A stretch of DNA of 64,000 bases from Raillietiella orientalis (lineage: Eukaryota): the NCBI GenBank assembly GCA_036172245.1, contig JAYWIR010000025.1, positions 682,001 through 746,000 on the forward strand. The letters run 5' to 3'. The stretch's first letter is position 1. Each line of letters starts with the position of its first letter. Made by a program: the position numbers and the translations under genes. Positions 60,359-64,000 of this stretch are shown piece by piece. The notes under the pieces are model-generated. The model saw nothing but the letters and a program-made list of their open reading frames with translations, was not told the origin of the DNA and ran no database searches.

Positions 60359-62431
60359 CTTATCCGTCCTGTGATGCTGCAGGACACCTGCCAACTTGAC
60401 GGCTGGTTGCCGTGGATGTTCTCCCGTAGGAACGGCAGTGCTGCGGCAAGAGGCGTTCTAGCCCACAGGTTTCCTTTGGTCTTCTATTGTTTCCTGCAAC
60501 GGGCGGCGAGCGTGTCTGGAGCACAGCAGACTTTGCGTTTCCTCCAAGCTCGCCCCGTTCATTTCCGTCCACGTCAGAACTGCTTCCCATTTCCAAGCAC
60601 AACAGTTCGTGGGCGAGCAGGAGATCCAGTTGTGGTCCTGCGCCAAGGCGACCGTCTATCGAAGCTGGACTATCCGCATCGGGGCAGTCTTCTGTGGCTG
60701 CAATAAGAAAGCACATTAGCCCCTCCGAGCGGCTGCTCGCTCAGCCAGGACGCACCAGCGGGTGATCCGAAACAGTCGCTAGGGCCAATCTTCGAAGGGA
60801 AGTCGGAAAGGATCTGCTCTTGGAATTTTGTTCTCCTGAGAGAACCCGCAAGGAACCGCTCCTTGTTACTCCCCTGAAGAGAATCTTCAGTGCGACTAAA
60901 CTTCAGAATATATCCGTCCGAGGAGAGATGAGCAAAGTTGTTTCAAAATAATCTTCCTAGTTTCCTTATCAAGCACTTTCAATGAAGTTTTACTCATTAG
61001 TACTTAGCTACATGTGCATCTAAAACGTATGGAAATTGTTTGCATTTCATTAGCTCTGTTCTTGGCAGAGGTATTATACAGAAACGGTTGTTCTCCCGTT
61101 TTAACAAAAAAATATTTTTGCTATTTTTCAGAATTGATCGCTCAATTCTTGTTTCGGTCTCCGATTGAGGATTCTTAGCCATGCATTTTAGAATTTATAC
61201 TATTGAAATTGCATGAGATTGTGATTAGAAACGTACTCTTTATTATTTAAATAGTCAGTTGCCTCAATATCTAGTAATCCTTTTTACTTGCGAATCTTTT
61301 CAATTTAATCAAATGGTCGTATGGTTTTTATTTAGTGATTTTCTTCTGGTACTGTAAAACATCCTTGTATGCTTTTTTTATATTTTTCACTACACTTTTA
61401 ACTATAAATGAATATGACACTAAGATATAAGCATTTACTAATAATCACTGATTCTATATTAACTTTCTCCTTCAGTCGGTCATTAATTTTTTCTATGGTC
61501 AGCAACTACTGCTGTGATCAGTTTCTTTCAGCATTGACTGTCCAAAATATTCACATGTGAAAATGGAATCTGGGAGTATTTGAAAAGCATTCCCTTTCAT
61601 TTTTCCTTTGGGATTTTCAAGAACATGGCGCCTTTTCACAATCGTTGATTATTGATACAGATCTTTAATTATTAATACGAACCTCTGAAAATGGCGATGA
61701 TAATTTTTCATGAACTTCTCGCGTTCAAAATCTCAGATTTATATGGAGAAAGTCCGGTTTCAAATGATGAACTTTCAAGAAACAAATTGAATAGGCAAAT
61801 GACTGCTCCATAATCTCAGCTATAATGAGGCTATATGTACCTATAATAAAAGCAGCTATAATGATTTTTTGTTTGAAAAAGCTCCAAGTCTTCCATAACA
61901 TGAATGCAAAAATTGTAACGTATAAGACACCAGGATATCAATGTATGACTTGGATGTGCTTTTCTTCTCCCTAGAATGGGAATGGTTTGCTTTGATGCTT
62001 CCCATTTAACACTACGGTAATCTGAATTCAGCGAGCCATCCTGGACAGTGTAGGTAATTTATGGGAACCGAGCAACGTAATTTGATATTTTTGTTTCTGT
62101 AGATTAGTGCGAAAACTGTGCATTATTTGGAATTGCACAACATAACTTCGAGGTTGAAGTACAGCAGTTATAATTATTATTATCGACCTTAATTCGGTAA
62201 ATCTGTATTCAAATGTGGTTTTCAATGGACACTTGGGCAGCGAAAAGTATTCTGGTTCGTGAATCGCTCTTTATGCTGTTATTGTGTTTGCTGTCACCCA
62301 GTCATACTGCTACCACGTTTGCCACGTTTTAAGTGCGTAGATTGCCCTGATGTCCGTAATGAGAAAATAAACATTGAGTATTATACTTTATTATCTTTCT
62401 GTAATGTGAGCAGCGTAACGAAGTGAAGGGT

Positions 62432-64000
62432 ATGTCTTACACAAGAAGTACATTTGTTGATAATGAGGTAATTATAAAAAGTTTTGTATGAAAATGTATG
62501 AGTGTATGTGTCTCTTTGCGTTTACCACTATCTGACTGCCATAATTTAATTCAAAAAGATGGTGTTAATCGGAAGTTTCGAGCCCGAATATTTCTCCTTC
62601 CTCCCCCCCCTCCCCTTTTAAGTGGCTTGTTCATTTGTTTGTTATTTTAGATTGATAATGAGCAGAAAGAAGTGGAGGCCCAGTTTCATTTCCAAGGTAA
62701 TACAGCATCGCTTTGTTCAATCAAATTGACTTTCAGATGCATGGAACTGATAATAATTCGTGTTTAAACCTTTAAGACATACTATGTAGTAACAAACATC
62801 CCTGAAAGATATGCCTAATTGTCTCACAGACACTAAGTATTTAGTTGCAATGTATTCAGACTCCAAACCATTTTTTTCAGAGTTCCCCGTTTCGGACAAT
62901 GCTGAAAAGAGGAACATTCAAACTCACTCGTTTCCAAAGTTCCCAGCTGTGTCAGATGATTACAGCCCAGAAGATGTGGTAAGAGTAATGTGAAAATTTT
63001 TCTTAGAAAATATGTAATGCACTTATATTTAAAACCATAATTTCTTATTATTTTCATCTATCATGTTTTCAATTAACCTCTCATTTGCCAAACATGATGC
63101 ATGTTTGATGTGTTGAATGAAATGCCCCATGTGTAGAATTTATTGTTTTCTTTTTTTTGTAAGTTGCGAATTCCATAAAACATTTCTAAGTATGCCTGTT
63201 TCTAAAAATCTTTTTGTCAAGTGTTTACTCTAAGGGGAAAAAATCCATTATTTTTTTTTTCTTCATTTACCAAAATGTAAAGTGAAAATAAAAGGAAGTG
63301 GAAATTTTCAGACTGTACCTAAGAGAAGCAAATTAAATACTTGTACAAGTGCAAAAATTGCTCACATTCAAAAAAGATCTGCAAGACAATCTCAATTTGA
63401 TGATCTTCATGCAGTTGTTAACAGTGTATTGGTTGAAAGCCCTCCTTTGAAGAGTGTTCTAGTAGGAGAAATCCTTAACCCTCAGCATGCATCTTCAGTG
63501 GTTCAGAAGTTGGCTTTGTTAAAACCCCTACCATCACTTAAACATTTAAAGAGAGTAAAAGTTACTAGAAAAGCTGATGGATCGACCAGTTTGTTTGTGA
63601 TTTTAGAAGAGCAGGACATGTCTAGTCCAGTGAATGATTTAGCCACTTTGCTACAGAAAGATAGTTGTTATTCCTCAATTACCGGCTTGAAGCAAACTCT
63701 CCAAAGCTGCTCTGTACCTGCTGTAGCCCCAAAGACAAGAAAACAGTATAATATTGCACAGCAGTTTTGGCCAGTGAACTTTCATGAGGACAAATATCTT
63801 GAAAGACTTCTTAATTGTAGTCTTTTTGGGCCAAAGGAGCTGCAACAGCTAGAATATTTTATGCAGAAGGCTATCCAACAAGGTAGGAAAGCTAAAGCAG
63901 AAGGTAGTGACCCTGTTGGAGTGGTTATCATGGATCCTTGCCAGGATACTATTTATGTGGAAGCTTGTGATGAACGTAATGTTTACCCACTTCAGCATGC
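62432..64000 (+). CDS. ADAT3: tRNA adenosine-34 deaminase subunit ADAT3/Tad3; main exon from 63312, runs off the window, 5' exons tentative
   Basis: LPSLKHLKRVK, VPAVAPKTRKQY..FWPVNFHEDK, VGVVIMDP, YPLQHA. Phase-compatible candidate 5' exons: 62432-62467, 62651-62696, 62881-62978. Confidence 0.88.

Noticed and set aside
60360..60900. GC-richer patch with a candidate splice acceptor and ORFs on both strands
   Set aside because: No recognisable protein motif; origin could not be assigned.
50545..63312. Obligate HINT3-ADAT3 fusion gene
   Set aside because: Phases are compatible, but ADAT3 has its own plausible ATG-containing exons at 62432 or 62811, so no fusion is needed.
1..64000. CRISPR array, prokaryotic operon or defence system
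   Set aside because: No regularly spaced direct repeats, and the host genes are spliceosomal eukaryotic genes.

Overview
Nuclear DNA of an invertebrate animal with spliceosomal GT-AG introns, many only 42-60 nt. It is not prokaryotic and has no CRISPR. Host genes: CSE1L/exportin-2 (+, 5' exon outside window), a 7-exon beta-hexosaminidase (-) spread over 14.5 kb, a short TTC12-like TPR gene (-), ZDHHC6 (-), PAK1IP1 (+) followed 60 nt later by HINT3 (+), a decayed pepsin-family aspartic protease with an inverted partial paralogue, and ADAT3 (+, runs off the end). The housekeeping genes are AT-rich and strongly CpG-depleted, while about 5-37 kb is GC- and CpG-rich. The intergenic and intronic DNA is a patchwork of short foreign fragments: degenerate L1/Tx1-clade non-LTR retrotransposon pieces, two mitochondrial insertions (one with trnL-UAG) and a 5'-only U2 snRNA copy. 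Most strikingly, about 20 mutually diverged 0.1-0.5 kb fragments on both strands translate into motifs of the conserved core of Mononegavirales nucleoproteins (paramyxo-/borna-like). This suggests a dense archive of endogenous viral nucleoprotein elements. All viral and family assignments are manual alignments against reference motifs recalled from memory, not database searches, and need HMM/tBLASTn confirmation.
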